DNA of 64,000 nt from Eledone cirrhosa (Eukaryota), in NCBI GenBank assembly GCA_964016885.1, contig OZ024743.1, positions 95,046,001 to 95,110,000 of the forward strand, in the 5' to 3' direction. Below, in pieces: positions 1 to 13,115 of this stretch. A program made the translations under genes and the position numbers. Below the pieces are notes generated by a model, which was given only the letters and a program-made list of their open reading frames with translations, made no database searches and was not told the DNA's origin. The number at the start of each line of letters is the position of its first letter. Within the stretch, counting starts at the first letter, position 1.

Positions 1-430
1 TTTTAATTTTGTTTTAATTTTGTTTTAATTTTAATTTTGATTTTGATTTTGAATTTGAATTGCTATACAGAAATAATATAATATAATATATGTCACTCCA
101 CTGTACATCAATATATACATATGTATCTGTATGTCTCTTGCGTTGGAAAGGAGGTCAATTATGTGTACAAACATTGAAAAATGCTCCGAAGAGTCCAAGC
201 CTAGGTTTGGATGAAACAATTGTAAGTGAATAAATGCTTTGAACATAGCTTTGATTCTTGTGAATTCTATATAACTGCTCTGTAGAACAACTGATGTTAT
301 TACATTGAGCTATTTATCTTACTGGTAATAAGGTAGTAATAAATTACTGACCTTTACTGTTTAGGGTTTAAAATATATATAACTATAAAAGGTTTTAGTA
401 TATACATAACCATAAGTAGTATCCTTAATA

Positions 431-1955
<1,525 letters not shown>

Positions 1956-2094
1956 TATATATATATATATATGGGGAACATCGCTGCTTTTAGACGTATT
2001 TTTGAACACACGACTACTTCCCAGTTTTATTTTATTTTATTATAACTTGATATTTTCTAATATGTCCTCAACGGTTCGTTCGATAGTTAAATAG

Positions 2095-2450
2095 GTGTAT
2101 TTACAATAGTTTATAACTTGGCCTATTAATCCGTATGGTGAGCAAATGGGGTCCCATGTGCTGGCCTCCCCACAGCCCCGGCGGACAGGACGGAGAAGGC
2201 GTTTCCCCGGAGGATGGTAAGAGAGATGCGCTGGAAGAGCCATTTCATCTCGCGAGACTCACACCTGCGGCTGGTTAGCTCAGCCCCTATGGTGGTGAAT
2301 AGGGAGGTAGCCCTAGGACCAAGGACACCAGAAGTCTCCACTCCAAGGGCACGACCGTGAACTTGTCGGAGAGCGACCGGTACTTGGAGAGTTTGGCCTC
2401 CTCAACCCGATGTACAGCAGAACCTGGGTTAGTCGCAGACTGCACCGGGT
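2095..2450 (-). mobile_element. 3' fragment of a CRE-clade non-LTR retrotransposon (C-terminal restriction-like endonuclease region)
   Basis: Translates as ...VEEAKLSKYRSLSDKF..P.GVETSGVLGPRA...WLFQRISLTILRGNAFSVL, matching the E..K..KY / ET.G..G / QRIS...RGNA pattern at CRE ORF C-termini. Confidence 0.75.
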
Positions 2451-2499
2451 TTGGTAGACCTAATTCTTACGTATGTAATTTTGTAGACATTTCCAGACC

Positions 2500-2502
<3 letters not shown>

Positions 2503-2576
<74 letters not shown>

Positions 2577-2612
2577 ATGTGTGTCTGTGTGTGTTTGTGT
2601 GTGTTTGTGTGT
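2503..2612. repeat. (GT)n microsatellite
   Basis: Direct observation. Confidence 0.97.
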
Positions 2613-3420
2613 AAGCAAAGCTTCTTCCTAATGCTAACAAGTATAAAGAAACATATCAGTAGAATGTTATCATTTTAGAAAGATCGTTTATATTTCCACT
2701 GTTTGAATCACAGATTTGTAGAATATGTATTGTGAGGTCCCTGACTTAGTCAAGAAGCTCCAGCTTTTGAAATTTACTATTAAGCATTTACCGATATAAA
2801 TCTTTGTAGAGAAGTTTCACTGTATATAAATCTTTCCACCCCCCCTCTCTCTATGTATATCTTTCTGTCTCTCTCCTGCTAATTATGAATGAAATGTTTC
2901 TAACCGTCTTTTACAGCATAATACAAACGCCATGTTTTATATTTCATACAATTACGTCAGGTCTGTTGTGTTCGCATTTGATTAGAATGTTGCGTTAATA
3001 TCCCTCGTGTTGATACATGTGAATGACTCGTCTGGAATATATTCTATATATAACCCATCCTTGTCTAGTTGCTCTCTCTTTATTTACAGCAGCTTTTTAT
3101 AACTAGCTTTTCAAAGACAAAAGAAAATGAAAAACAATATGATGTTCACACATTTTCCTTGAAGCTAGAGCATTCCATGATGTTTTATTGGATAAGATTT
3201 CCTTGAATACTTAGGTATTTGTAGTATTCATTACATCGAATGACAGCTAAAGATCATTAATGTGAACGTTCTTGGTTTTAGAAATACTTTTCACGCTCTC
3301 AGGTCTGAAGAATGAACTTGCTTTGCACCCAATTCTATACATATATCAGCTGAAAACATTGTTAGTATTTCCAGCTGTTTATAAGAATTATCAATATTTC
3401 CAAGCTCAACATTTTTGTAA

Positions 3421-3632
3421 CCCTTTAGCATTTAAACCGGCCATGTCCGGCCATGTCCGGCCAGGATGGGCTCACCTCTTTCTGTTCAAACCAGCCATAA
3501 ACTGTTAAGATATTGTCCTTAAAATAAATAATATCAAAATCTTATAGATTTGATATTTTGAGAGATAATTATGTTAGATACTTTACTGCGAAAATACAAT
3601 AGAATATATAAAGTAATGCAAATGCTAAAGAG
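3421..3632. mobile_element. piggyBac-like MITE
   Basis: Terminal inverted repeats CCCTTTAGCATTT ... AAATGCTAAAGAG flanked by gTAA / TTAA; non-coding interior. Confidence 0.65.
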
Positions 3633-3908
3633 TTAAGCAGCCCAGGCAAAGGTTTTTATGGTGTCAACGACTTTAGATTTGCTTTAGTCAAAGTTTTTCA
3701 AAAGATCAAACAATCATTGTGAGACCCAAGAAACGAGATCCAGGTATAGGTATGGTAATGAGGAAACGATCCTAATGATCATTTAGGATGAGACGTATTT
3801 CTAAGAGATAAATGAAGTGAAGTAAATAATTAAGGTTTCTCGATTATTATCATGGTTATAGATGTAAAAATTATAAGAATATATTTTTGCATATCGGGAT
3901 AACCACCC

Positions 3909-3946
<38 letters not shown>

Positions 3947-4034
3947 TCGCACACACACACATAACACCCATATACACACACACACAACTCCCTCCCCCAT
4001 CTCTACTAATAGAATCATCTTCCAATACACACAT

Positions 4035-4071
<37 letters not shown>

Positions 4072-4584
4072 AGCACACAAATAAACACATATCTTCAGTC
4101 TCAATAGAAAATCTGAACTCTGACACCTGAACTCTGACAGCTGGCCATATTCACTGAACCAGAACATTTCTCCCAATCCCTTTTCCCTTGACCACTATCT
4201 CTCCATTGTCATAACATTCACTATAAAGACTACAGAATAGTTTTCCTAATAAGGGCGCAAAATGTAATGAAAACTTGTTCACGTGACAGCCAAATTTCAT
4301 TTATAACCAACCAAAAAAAAGCCTTCGTGAGCCTCATTTTTTCAAGTAAAAAGAAATTCAAACACTCATATATGAAAAAACAACCTGTGACAACCCCCCC
4401 CCCCTCTCTTATTTGAAGAACTATTGTAACGCGAACTGGCGCGAAATTTATTATAATTATTGACAAACCAATCAAATTACTTCTCGAAAAACCTGGTTTT
4501 CGAGCCACTTTTTCCATATAAAACAAGTAACATTTAGAGACCAACCAGATGTGAGAAAAACCACAGACCCTCCATCTCAACTCA

Positions 4585-4622
4585 CCTTTTGAAAAGCAGA
4601 AGAACTGCGAAACCGGTAAAGG
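4585..4622 (+). ncRNA. Minimal hammerhead ribozyme with U3-A8 core variant
   Basis: cctt-TTGAAAA-gcag-aagaa-ctgc-GAAAC-cg-GTA-aagg followed by AATAAA. An identical copy lies on the minus strand at 31455-31492. Confidence 0.7.
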
Positions 4623-4882
4623 AACCAAATAAATATATATATTTAAAAAAAAAATAAGACTTCAGTTGCATTTTCGATTTCATCCCTTTTTCTTTATATA
4701 TATATATATATATATATATTAAAATAGATTAAAGTTTAAGCAAAGAATCGCTGCTTTAACCCTTAACGGGATCTTCTGATTTTAATAAACATTTGTTCTG
4801 GGATTCTTATATATTTGATATATATTTATCCTTATCGAGCCCTCTTTGGATTTTAGTCTTCGCATTTATTATTATTACTATT

Positions 4883-4914
<32 letters not shown>

Positions 4915-4916
<2 letters not shown>

Positions 4917-5047
4917 ATGGCCTTTGCCATTCTGAGTTCAAATCTCGTTGAGGTTAACTTTTCCTTTCATCCTTACGGGGTCGATAAAATAAAGTACCAT
5001 TAATGCACTGGGTAATTGCTGGCCTTGTGCCAAACGTAGAAACAATT
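4915..5047 (+). mobile_element. 5'-truncated tRNA-derived SINE (family A)
   Basis: B-box GAGTTCAAATC, the core 'aactttgcctttcatccttacggggtcgataaaataaagtacc' and the tail 'ggccttgtgccaaa.gtagaaacaatta', shared with about 10 other copies in the window. Confidence 0.85.
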
Positions 5048-5153
5048 ATATTTTATCTGTTGAAAGCTCACTAAAATTTAGTGTCCTTGAAAGACGTATA
5101 ATAAAATAAATATGGTATTATAAAGATATTTTCCATTTATTAATATTGTTTAT

Positions 5154-5514
5154 ATATAAGTTAAAACAATGAAATAAAAAATCAAGTCATTAGAAATATA
5201 CTTCACTGCTTTACGATCGTTTCTAGGGGATGATAATACATTGTAGCTATACTGCGTTATTGATCTATGTAAGGTTAGTTACACAACCTACAATGTATTA
5301 TCATCACCTAGAAACGATCGTAAAGCAGTGAAGTATATCTCTAATGACTTGATTTTTTATTTCATTGTTTTAACTTATATCATGACTGTTTTCCTTTTAA
5401 TGTTTTATTGTTTTCCGGGATTTATCTTAGCCTACAACATTTTCAATATATGGATTACATCGAGTTCTTCATGCAGAATAGACCCTACAACTTACTGTGG
5501 ATACTCTGTGTATT

Positions 5515-5517
<3 letters not shown>
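5154..5517 (+). mobile_element. PLE-derived foldback fragment (palindrome 5154-5380 plus tail)
   Basis: About 90-bp near-perfect inverted arms. The right arm carries a hammerhead 3' half, GAAAC-GATC-GTA. The tail ends in (TA)n. Confidence 0.6.
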
Positions 5518-5585
<68 letters not shown>

Positions 5586-5764
5586 ACGCTTACACCTCCC
5601 CACACGCTTACACCTCTCCAAGACAATGTCACTGGACCGAGACCTTTGGCGGTACTCAGTAATAGAGAAGACCCGCCTTACCTAAATACAAAGTAAAAAC
5701 CTACTACAGTCAGTAGGCATCTCTATCAAAACACACCCCCGTCCCACCACCTCCACCCCATCCA

Positions 5765-6052
5765 CACCGCCCCACACTGTAAATGTGGTTGGTGTTAGGA
5801 AGGGCATCCAGCTGTAGAAAACCCGCCAGACAGTCCACGCTGTAATGTGGCCGTGTAGGCAACACGGTAAAAACCTCCCAGCCCCACACTGTAACTGTGG
5901 TTGGTGTTAGGAAGGGCATCCAACTGTAGAAAACCCGCCAGACAGTCCTATGCGAGCAAGACAACCACTCTTGCCTCAAGTGGGAAAACCCCCGTCCAAA
6001 CCCATGCAAGCGTGGAACACGGACGCTAAACCTGATGATGATGATGATGATG
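5765..6052 (+). mobile_element. SINE or RTE-type 3' end with internal duplication and (GAT)n tail
   Basis: 'gtggttggtgttaggaagggcatcca.ctgtagaaaacccgccagacagtcc' occurs twice about 120 bp apart; the element ends in (tga)n. Confidence 0.6.
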
Positions 6053-6699
6053 ATATATATATATATAGAGAGAGAGAGAGACGATAGTGGTAATTAACTC
6101 AAGTTTTATAATATAGTATTTCCGAGGGTTGGCCAGAAACCATCAACAGTTGTCCTCTTGTTGGGCTTTACTATTTACAAATAATTCTTCACATCTGCTA
6201 ATTTTGAATTTTGTAAATTTTCATCTTGCTTTTGCCAATAACGAAAATTTGCAAGATAAGCAATAGTTATTTTTTACTCTTCCTTCTTTTAGCCATTAGA
6301 CTGAGGTTGTGCTGTCGATTACAAAAGTTCAATGAAGTTACATTACATTTTGGGTCAACGCTTTCGTGTTCTGATATAATTCTTAATATAATTCTTGCGC
6401 AGGTCTAATATGGGCCAATGAGTGAATATTAATGAGGTCACTTTAGTTGCTAGAAATAGTGATCAAATTGACTCCAAACCAACATTATCCTATTTTTTTA
6501 TAAGGAAAGAACACATTGAATAATGTATTCCTATTCTTCACAGTCACACTATCTCCTTCTCTGGAAGATATTGACTATATTTAGAGCTGGGGATGGGATG
6601 GAGTCCACCTGGTTTAAATGCTCAAGATGTACTGCATATCACTAGGGCACCCCTACAACTCCATCAGGAGTTATGGATCCATATATACATATGGATCCC

Positions 6700-6832
6700 G
6701 CATCTCCCTTACCATCCTCCGGAGAAACACCTTCTCCATCCTGTTCGCCGGGGCTCCGGGGAGGCCAGCACATGGGACCCCATTTGCTCACCATACGGAT
6801 TAATAGGCACAGTTATAAACTATTGTAAATAA
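6700..6832 (+). mobile_element. Short CRE 3'-end fragment
   Basis: Homologous to the reverse complement of 2095-2230 (RISLTILR.N.FS.L). Confidence 0.7.
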
Positions 6833-7206
6833 GTCTTTCACTGTTTCTTTGTTTACTCGAAAGGTAGCCCGGCGATCTGCTTTTATGTGGAGTAGTAAGA
6901 GACAATAATATACCGAAGGAGGAGAAATAAAGAGAGACAGAAAAACAAATGTGTGTAACACACTCCTGATGGAGGTCATACTATGAGTTCAGTAAAATCT
7001 CCCTTGCAGTGAACAACGAAAACCCGGATTTCGCACGTTTTCCCCCGTTACCTTGACGACTGGCAGTGTCAGTTAGATTTATGTGCTCTTGTTTGTGTAT
7101 CTGGAATATTATATTACGTCCGGCACACCGGGCTATGGAGGTGGCAGCATTGACATTCTTAGTTAATCACTACAATTACCTATCAGATTACATGCCATCG
7201 AGCAGC

Positions 7207-8385
7207 GTGAAGGTGTGTAGCTTAGTGGTAAGTGTGTTTGGCTCATCAGCGTAAGTTTGTGAGTGGATTCCAGGAGGCGATTTTTGACCTTGAGCAAGAC
7301 ATTTTATTTCACATTGCTCCAGTCCACTGTGTCCTCGAGCAAGACACTTCATTTCACATTGCTCCAGTCTACTGTGTCCTCGAGCAAGACACTTTATTTC
7401 ACGTTGCTCCAGTTGACTGTGTCATTGAGCAAGACAATTTATTTCACATTGCTCCAGTCCACTGTGTCCTTAAGCAAGACACTTTATTTCACATTGCTCC
7501 AGTCCACTGTGTCCTTAAGCAAGACACTTTATTACACGTTGCTCCAGTCCACTCTGTCCTTAAGCAAGACAATTTATTTCACATTGCTCCAGTCCACTGT
7601 GTCCTTAAGCAAGACACTTTATTACACGTTGCTCCAGTCCACTCTGTCCTTAAGCAAGACCATTTATTTCACATTGCTCCAGTCCACTGTGTCCTCGAGC
7701 AAGACACTTCATTTCACATTGCTCCAGTCCACTGTGTCCTTAAGCAAGACACTTTATTACACGTTGCTCCAGTCCACTCTGTCCTTAAGCAAGACAATTT
7801 ATTTCACATTGCTCCAGTCCACTGTGTCCTTAAGCAAGACACTTTATTTCACATTGCTCCAGTCCACTGTGTCCTTAAGCAAGACACTTTATTACACGTT
7901 GCTCCAGTCCACTGTGTCCTCGAGCAAGACACTTCATTTCACGTTGCTCCAGTCCACTGTGTCCTTTAGCAAGACACTTAATTTCACGTTGCTCCAGTCC
8001 ACTGTGTCCTTGAACAAGATACTTTATTTCACATTGCTCCAGTCTACTGTGTCCTCGAGCAAGACACTTTATTTCACGTTGCTCCAGTTGACTGTGTCAT
8101 TGAGCAAGACACTTTATTTCACGTTGCTCTAGTCCACTGTGTCCTTGAGCAAGACACTTTATTTCACGCTGCTCCTGTCCACTCAGCTGGAAAAAAAAAT
8201 TGAACCTATAATTCAAAAGGCCAGCCTTGTTACACAATGTATCCCATTGAATCGCTCCAAAATCTACACTAAGCATTCACGTGTCTGTAAAATACTCAGT
8301 TACTTGTGCGTGTATTTCATGAGCAGGCTGTACCGTTGATCAAATACATGGAATACTTGTTGTCGGAACCAGCAGAGGTCCAATA
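7207..8385 (+). mobile_element. tRNA-derived CORE-like SINE (family B) with an internally amplified minisatellite
   Basis: tRNA-like head TAGCTTAGTGG at about 7218, CORE-like 'gtgtccttgagcaagacact' segment, and a 3' body ('ccagccttg...caggctgt.ccgttgatc') shared with 8395-8640, 18790-19090 and 32880-33105. Confidence 0.75.
7286..8184 (+). repeat. 45-bp minisatellite, about 20 copies
   Basis: Unit tgtgtccttaagcaagacactttatttcacattgctccagtccac; produces the 15-aa periodicity of ORFs 7232-7969 and 7263-8132. Confidence 0.95.
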
Positions 8386-8394
8386 TGTAGGTAC

Positions 8395-8640
8395 AGACAT
8401 GGTGTTGTAGTTAAGGAATTTGCTTCGCACAAACACGTGCTTTCAGATTCAGTTCCATTGCGTTGCACCATTGCACGCAGTTGAAAAAAAATGAGTTGTA
8501 CTTATAGTTGAAAGGGTCGGCCTTGACACACTGTGCCACAATGAATCTTTCTAGAATTACGAGCACATGTATGTGTGAAATGCAAGCTGCTCCGTTGATG
8601 GATCAACTGACATCCTCGTTGTTGACTGATGGAGGCCCAA
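8395..8640 (+). mobile_element. Degenerate tRNA-derived SINE (family B-like)
   Basis: tRNA-like head and 3' body similar to 8190-8385. Confidence 0.55.
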
Positions 8641-8767
8641 CCCCCAGAACTCCCCCACCCCACAATTGAATTAGATCAAGATAAAAAGTAAAGGGATACT
8701 GTGAAGTCTTGATTTGATAAACAATATAATTAATTACTAATAAAATGATAAGTCAGTCAATCATATT

Positions 8768-8940
8768 GGTGGCCTACCCACAGCCTCGGCGGACAGAATG
8801 GAGAAGGCGTTTCCACGGAGGAGATGCCATGGAAAAGCCATTCCACCTGCGCCTGGCCAGCTCAGAGCCTTTGAACAGTTTGGCCTCCTCAGCCCGACGT
8901 GCAGCAGAACCTGGGTTAGTTGCAGACTGCACCAGGTTGA
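8768..8940 (-). mobile_element. Internally deleted CRE 3' fragment
   Basis: Collinear with 2160-2450 (tggcct.cccacagcc ... cagcagaacctgggttagt.gcagactgcacc), with deletions. Confidence 0.7.
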
Positions 8941-9399
8941 GGCTGGAGAATTACGTATGTCAGTGAACAGCTTTCATTGACACATGTTTTTTCACTTAGG
9001 TGGCTATGAGGTTGGGCGTATAGTAGTCGATTAAAATGATTTCATCACTTGACCGATATTTATTTTCTGGAACTCTCTAACTATTAAATGTACGGTTGGG
9101 CTAACTATTAAATGTACGGTACGTGATGACATTTGAACCCAGGGTATATAGCTACGAAAGTTTAGCAGCTTAACGACAGGGTATTTTGTGCGATGCTCTA
9201 CTGATTGTCCTAAGCCAACGTCTTAAGGTATAGATCTTAATAACAACCAAATTAACCTAATATATAAGGTATATCTTTCACTGTAGCTTCACAATTTGAC
9301 ACCTGCAGTCTAACATTTTGACAACTAGCTTTTTAAAGAAAAATAAAACTCCAAACGTTTAGCTTTCCTTTGCAGCTAAACCTTGTATTCTTATTGTAA

Positions 9400-9513
9400 T
9401 AATTGTTTCTACTATTGGCACAAGGCCAGAAATTACCCAGTACATTACTGGTACTTTATTTTATCGACCCTGTAAGGATGAAAGGCAAAGTCAACCTCGG
9501 CGGGATTTTAACT
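9400..9513 (-). mobile_element. 5'-truncated SINE (family A)
   Basis: Reverse complement of the family-A core and tail. Confidence 0.85.
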
Positions 9514-9531
9514 CTTATTGTAATAATACAC

Positions 9532-11910
9532 CTCTTACTCTAGTATTGGTACCCTTACTTTAGTATTGGTACCCTTACACTAGTATTGGGACCCTTACTC
9601 TAGTATTATTACCCTTACTTTAGTATTGGTACCCTTACTTAAGAATTGGTACCCTTATTCTAGTATTGGTACCCTTACTCTAGTATTGGGACCCTTACTT
9701 TAGTATTGGTACCCTTACTCTAGTATTGGTACACTTACTCTAGTATTGGTACTCTTACTCGACTATTGGTACCCTTACTTTAGTATTGGTTCTCTTACTC
9801 TACTATTGGTAATCTTACTTTAGTATTGGAACTCTTACTCTACTATTGGTACTCTTACTTTAGTATTGGAACTCTTACTTTGGTATTGGTACTCTTACTT
9901 TAGTATTGGTACCCTTACTCTACTATTGGTACTCTTACTTTAGTATTGGTACCCTTACTTTAGTATTGGTACTCTTACTTTAGTATTGGTACCCTTAGTT
10001 TAGTATTGGTACTCTTACTTTAGTATTGGTACCCTTACTTTAGTATTGGTACTCTTACTCTACTATTGGTACTCTTACTCTACTATTGATGATCTTACTT
10101 TAGTATTGGTACTCTTACTCTACTATTGGTACTCTTACTTTAGTATTGGAACTCTTACTCTACTATTGGTACACTTACTTTAGTATTGGTACTCTTACTT
10201 TAGTATTGGTACTCTTACTTTAGTATTGGTACCCTTATTTTAGTATTGGTACACTTACTTTAGTATTGGTACCCTTACTTTAGTATTGGTACTCTTACTC
10301 TACTATTGGTACTCTTACTTTAGTATTGGTACTCTTACTCTAGTATTGGTACTCTTACTTTAGCATTATAACTTTTACTCTACTATTGGTACACTTACTC
10401 TAGTATTGGTACCCTTACTTTAGTATTGGTACCCTTACTTTAGTATTGGTACCCTTACTCTACTATTGGTACACTTACTTTAGTATTGGTACCCTTACTT
10501 TAGTATTGGTACATTTACTCTAGTATTGGTACCCTTACTTTAGTATTGGTACCCTTACTTTAGTATTGGTACCCTTACTTTAGCATTGGTACTCTTACTC
10601 TAATATTGGTACTGTTACTTTAGTATTGGTACTCTTACTCAAGTATTGGTACTCTTACTCTAGTATTGGTACCCTTACTCTAGTATTGGTACTCTAACTT
10701 TAGTATTGTTACCCTTACTTTAGTATTGGTACTCTTACTCAAGTATTGGTACTGTTACTCTAGTATTGGTTCTCTTACTCTAATATTGGTACTCTTACTT
10801 TAGTATTGTTACCCTTACTTTAGTATAGGTGCCCTTACTTTAGTATTGGTACACTTACTCTACTATTGGTACTCTTACTCTACTATTGGTACACTTACTT
10901 TAGTATTGGTACTCTTACACTAGTTTTGGTACCCTTACTCTAGTATTGGTACTCTTAATTTAGTATTGGTACTCTTACTCTACTATTGGTACCCTTACTT
11001 TAGTATTGGTACTGTTACTCTAGTATTGGTACCCTTACACTAGTATTGGTACTCTTACTTTAGCATTATAACTTTTACTCTACTATTGGTACACTTACTC
11101 TAGTATTGGTACCCTTACTTTAGTATTGGTACCCTTACTTTAGTATTGGTACCCTTACTCTACTATTGGTACCCTTACTTTAGTATTGGTACCCTTACTC
11201 TAGTATTGGTACTCTTACTCTACTATTGGTACTCTTACTTTAGTATTGGTTCTCTTACTCTACTATTGGTACTGTTACTTTAGTATTGGTACCCTTACTT
11301 CAGTATTGGTACCCTTACTTTAGTATTGGTACCCTTACTTTTGTATTGGTACCCTTACACTAGTATTGGTAATCTTACTTTAGTATTGGTACCCTTACTT
11401 TAGTATTGGTACCCTAACTCTAGTATTGGTACCCTTACTCTATTATTGGTACTCTTACTTTAGTATTGGTACTCTTACTCTACTATTCGTGCCCTTACTC
11501 TAGTATTGGTATCCTTACTTTAGTATTGGTACCCTTACTTTAGTATTGGTACTCTTACTTTAGTATTGGTACTCTTACTCTAGTATTGGTACTTTTACTT
11601 TAGTATTGGTACCCTTACTCTCGTATTGGTACTCTTACTTTAGTATTGGTACTCTTACTCTACTATTGGTACCCTTACTTTAGTATTGGTACTCTTACTC
11701 TAGTATTGGTACTCTTACTTTAGTATTGGTACCCTTACTCTGGTATTGGTACTCTTACTATAGTATTGGTACCCTTACTCTAGTATTGGTACTCTTACTT
11801 TAATATTGGTACTCTTACTTTAGTATTGGTACTCTTACTATAGTATTGGTACTCTTACTTTAGCATTGGTACTCTTACTTTAGTATTGGTACTCTTACTT
11901 TAGTATTGTT
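9532..11910. repeat. 20-bp minisatellite, about 119 copies
   Basis: Unit tagtattggtac(c/t)cttact(t/c), held in exact 20-bp register across about 2.4 kb. Confidence 0.97.
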
Positions 11911-12101
11911 ATATAATGGTACTTACTATAGCTTGTCATACATGTATGATGAATAAATAATTGCTGTAACTCATATTCCAATGTAGGTCAACTTTGCTTT
12001 TCTTCCTTTCCAGGTCAATAAAGACCTTGTCCAATATGGTGGTCGACGTTTCCTCTCATACTGTTCATCACTCTCTCTCTCTCTCTCATTATTTCTATCA
12101 C

Positions 12102-12295
12102 AGGGCGGTGGATTGGCAGTATCGGTGGAGGGTCGGAAACCATGTTTTGACGCATAGAGTTACGGCCCTTGCCATTCTCAGTTCATATCCCGCCGAGGTT
12201 AACTTTGCCTTTCATCCTTACGGCGTCGATGAAATAAAGTACCAGTAATGCACTGTGTAATTGCTGGCCTTGTGCCAAAAGTAGAAACAATTATT
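12102..12295 (+). mobile_element. Full-length SINE (family A)
   Basis: Head agggcggtggattggcagtatcggt (A box), B box GAGTTCATATC, then core and tail. Confidence 0.85.
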
Positions 12296-12444
12296 TTGTA
12301 TTACTATTATAATTCAATATCACTTCTAGTATATCTACTGTTTTCTCTTTGTTGATATTCCGTTCCTTTTATTCGATATAAACATCACTATCGTTTAGTT
12401 TTTCAACCTTGTACTGTCCCCAACAATAAAATAAATCCTTATCA

Positions 12445-12630
12445 TTTGGCAGTATGGGTAGAGCATCAGACACTGTGCTTTGCAGCATAGTGTTACAGCC
12501 CTTTATGATCTGAGTTCAAATCCCGCCGAGGTTAACTTTGGCTCTCATCCTTACGAGGTCGATAAAATAAAGTACCAGTAATACACTGGATTAATTGCTG
12601 GCCTTGTGCCAAAAGTAGAAACAATTATTT
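12445..12630 (+). mobile_element. SINE (family A)
   Basis: tggcagtatgggtag ... gagttcaaatcccgccgagg ... gtagaaacaatta. Confidence 0.85.
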
Positions 12631-13115
12631 CTGTCACTTTAGCTCTCCCACACTTTCTTTTTCTGGAAGAAATTGAATGTTCCCAGCTGGAGAGTGATAG
12701 GCTTTGCCTAGTTTTACATGCTCAAGACACGTTAAGTCAGGACAGCGTCACCATGACTCCTTCAAAATTTAAGGGACCTTTCCTTACCTCCCTTCACACA
12801 CTAGAGTTAAAATAGGCCTTAAAATGTTACTACTTTGAACTCTTCTAAAAAAGTCGGTAACATTGTGTTGGTAATGACTGCGAACCTCCGATATGGAATA
12901 TATCATACTAACAGGTTAGCATCGTTGTTAGACAATTTGTAAGCCGTTCCAGTTATCGTTACACATGCAGGGGGGGGGGGGGGACTGGGGGAAGGGGATG
13001 CCATGCCCTCACCCCCCAATAATTATATTTTTCTCCCCAAACTACCAAAACAGTGTGTTGTATATTAGATATAGAGAGAGGAAGAGATTGAAGTTTATTG
13101 ATATAGAGTGGCGGA

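Noticed and set aside
7232-8132. 245- and 289-aa repetitive ORFs; superficially CRISPR-like array
   Set aside because: Contiguous 45-bp SINE-derived units with no unique spacers and no cas genes, in a eukaryotic context.
12102-12200. tRNA gene candidates (A/B boxes)
   Set aside because: These are SINE heads continuing into shared SINE bodies, with no complete cloverleaf.
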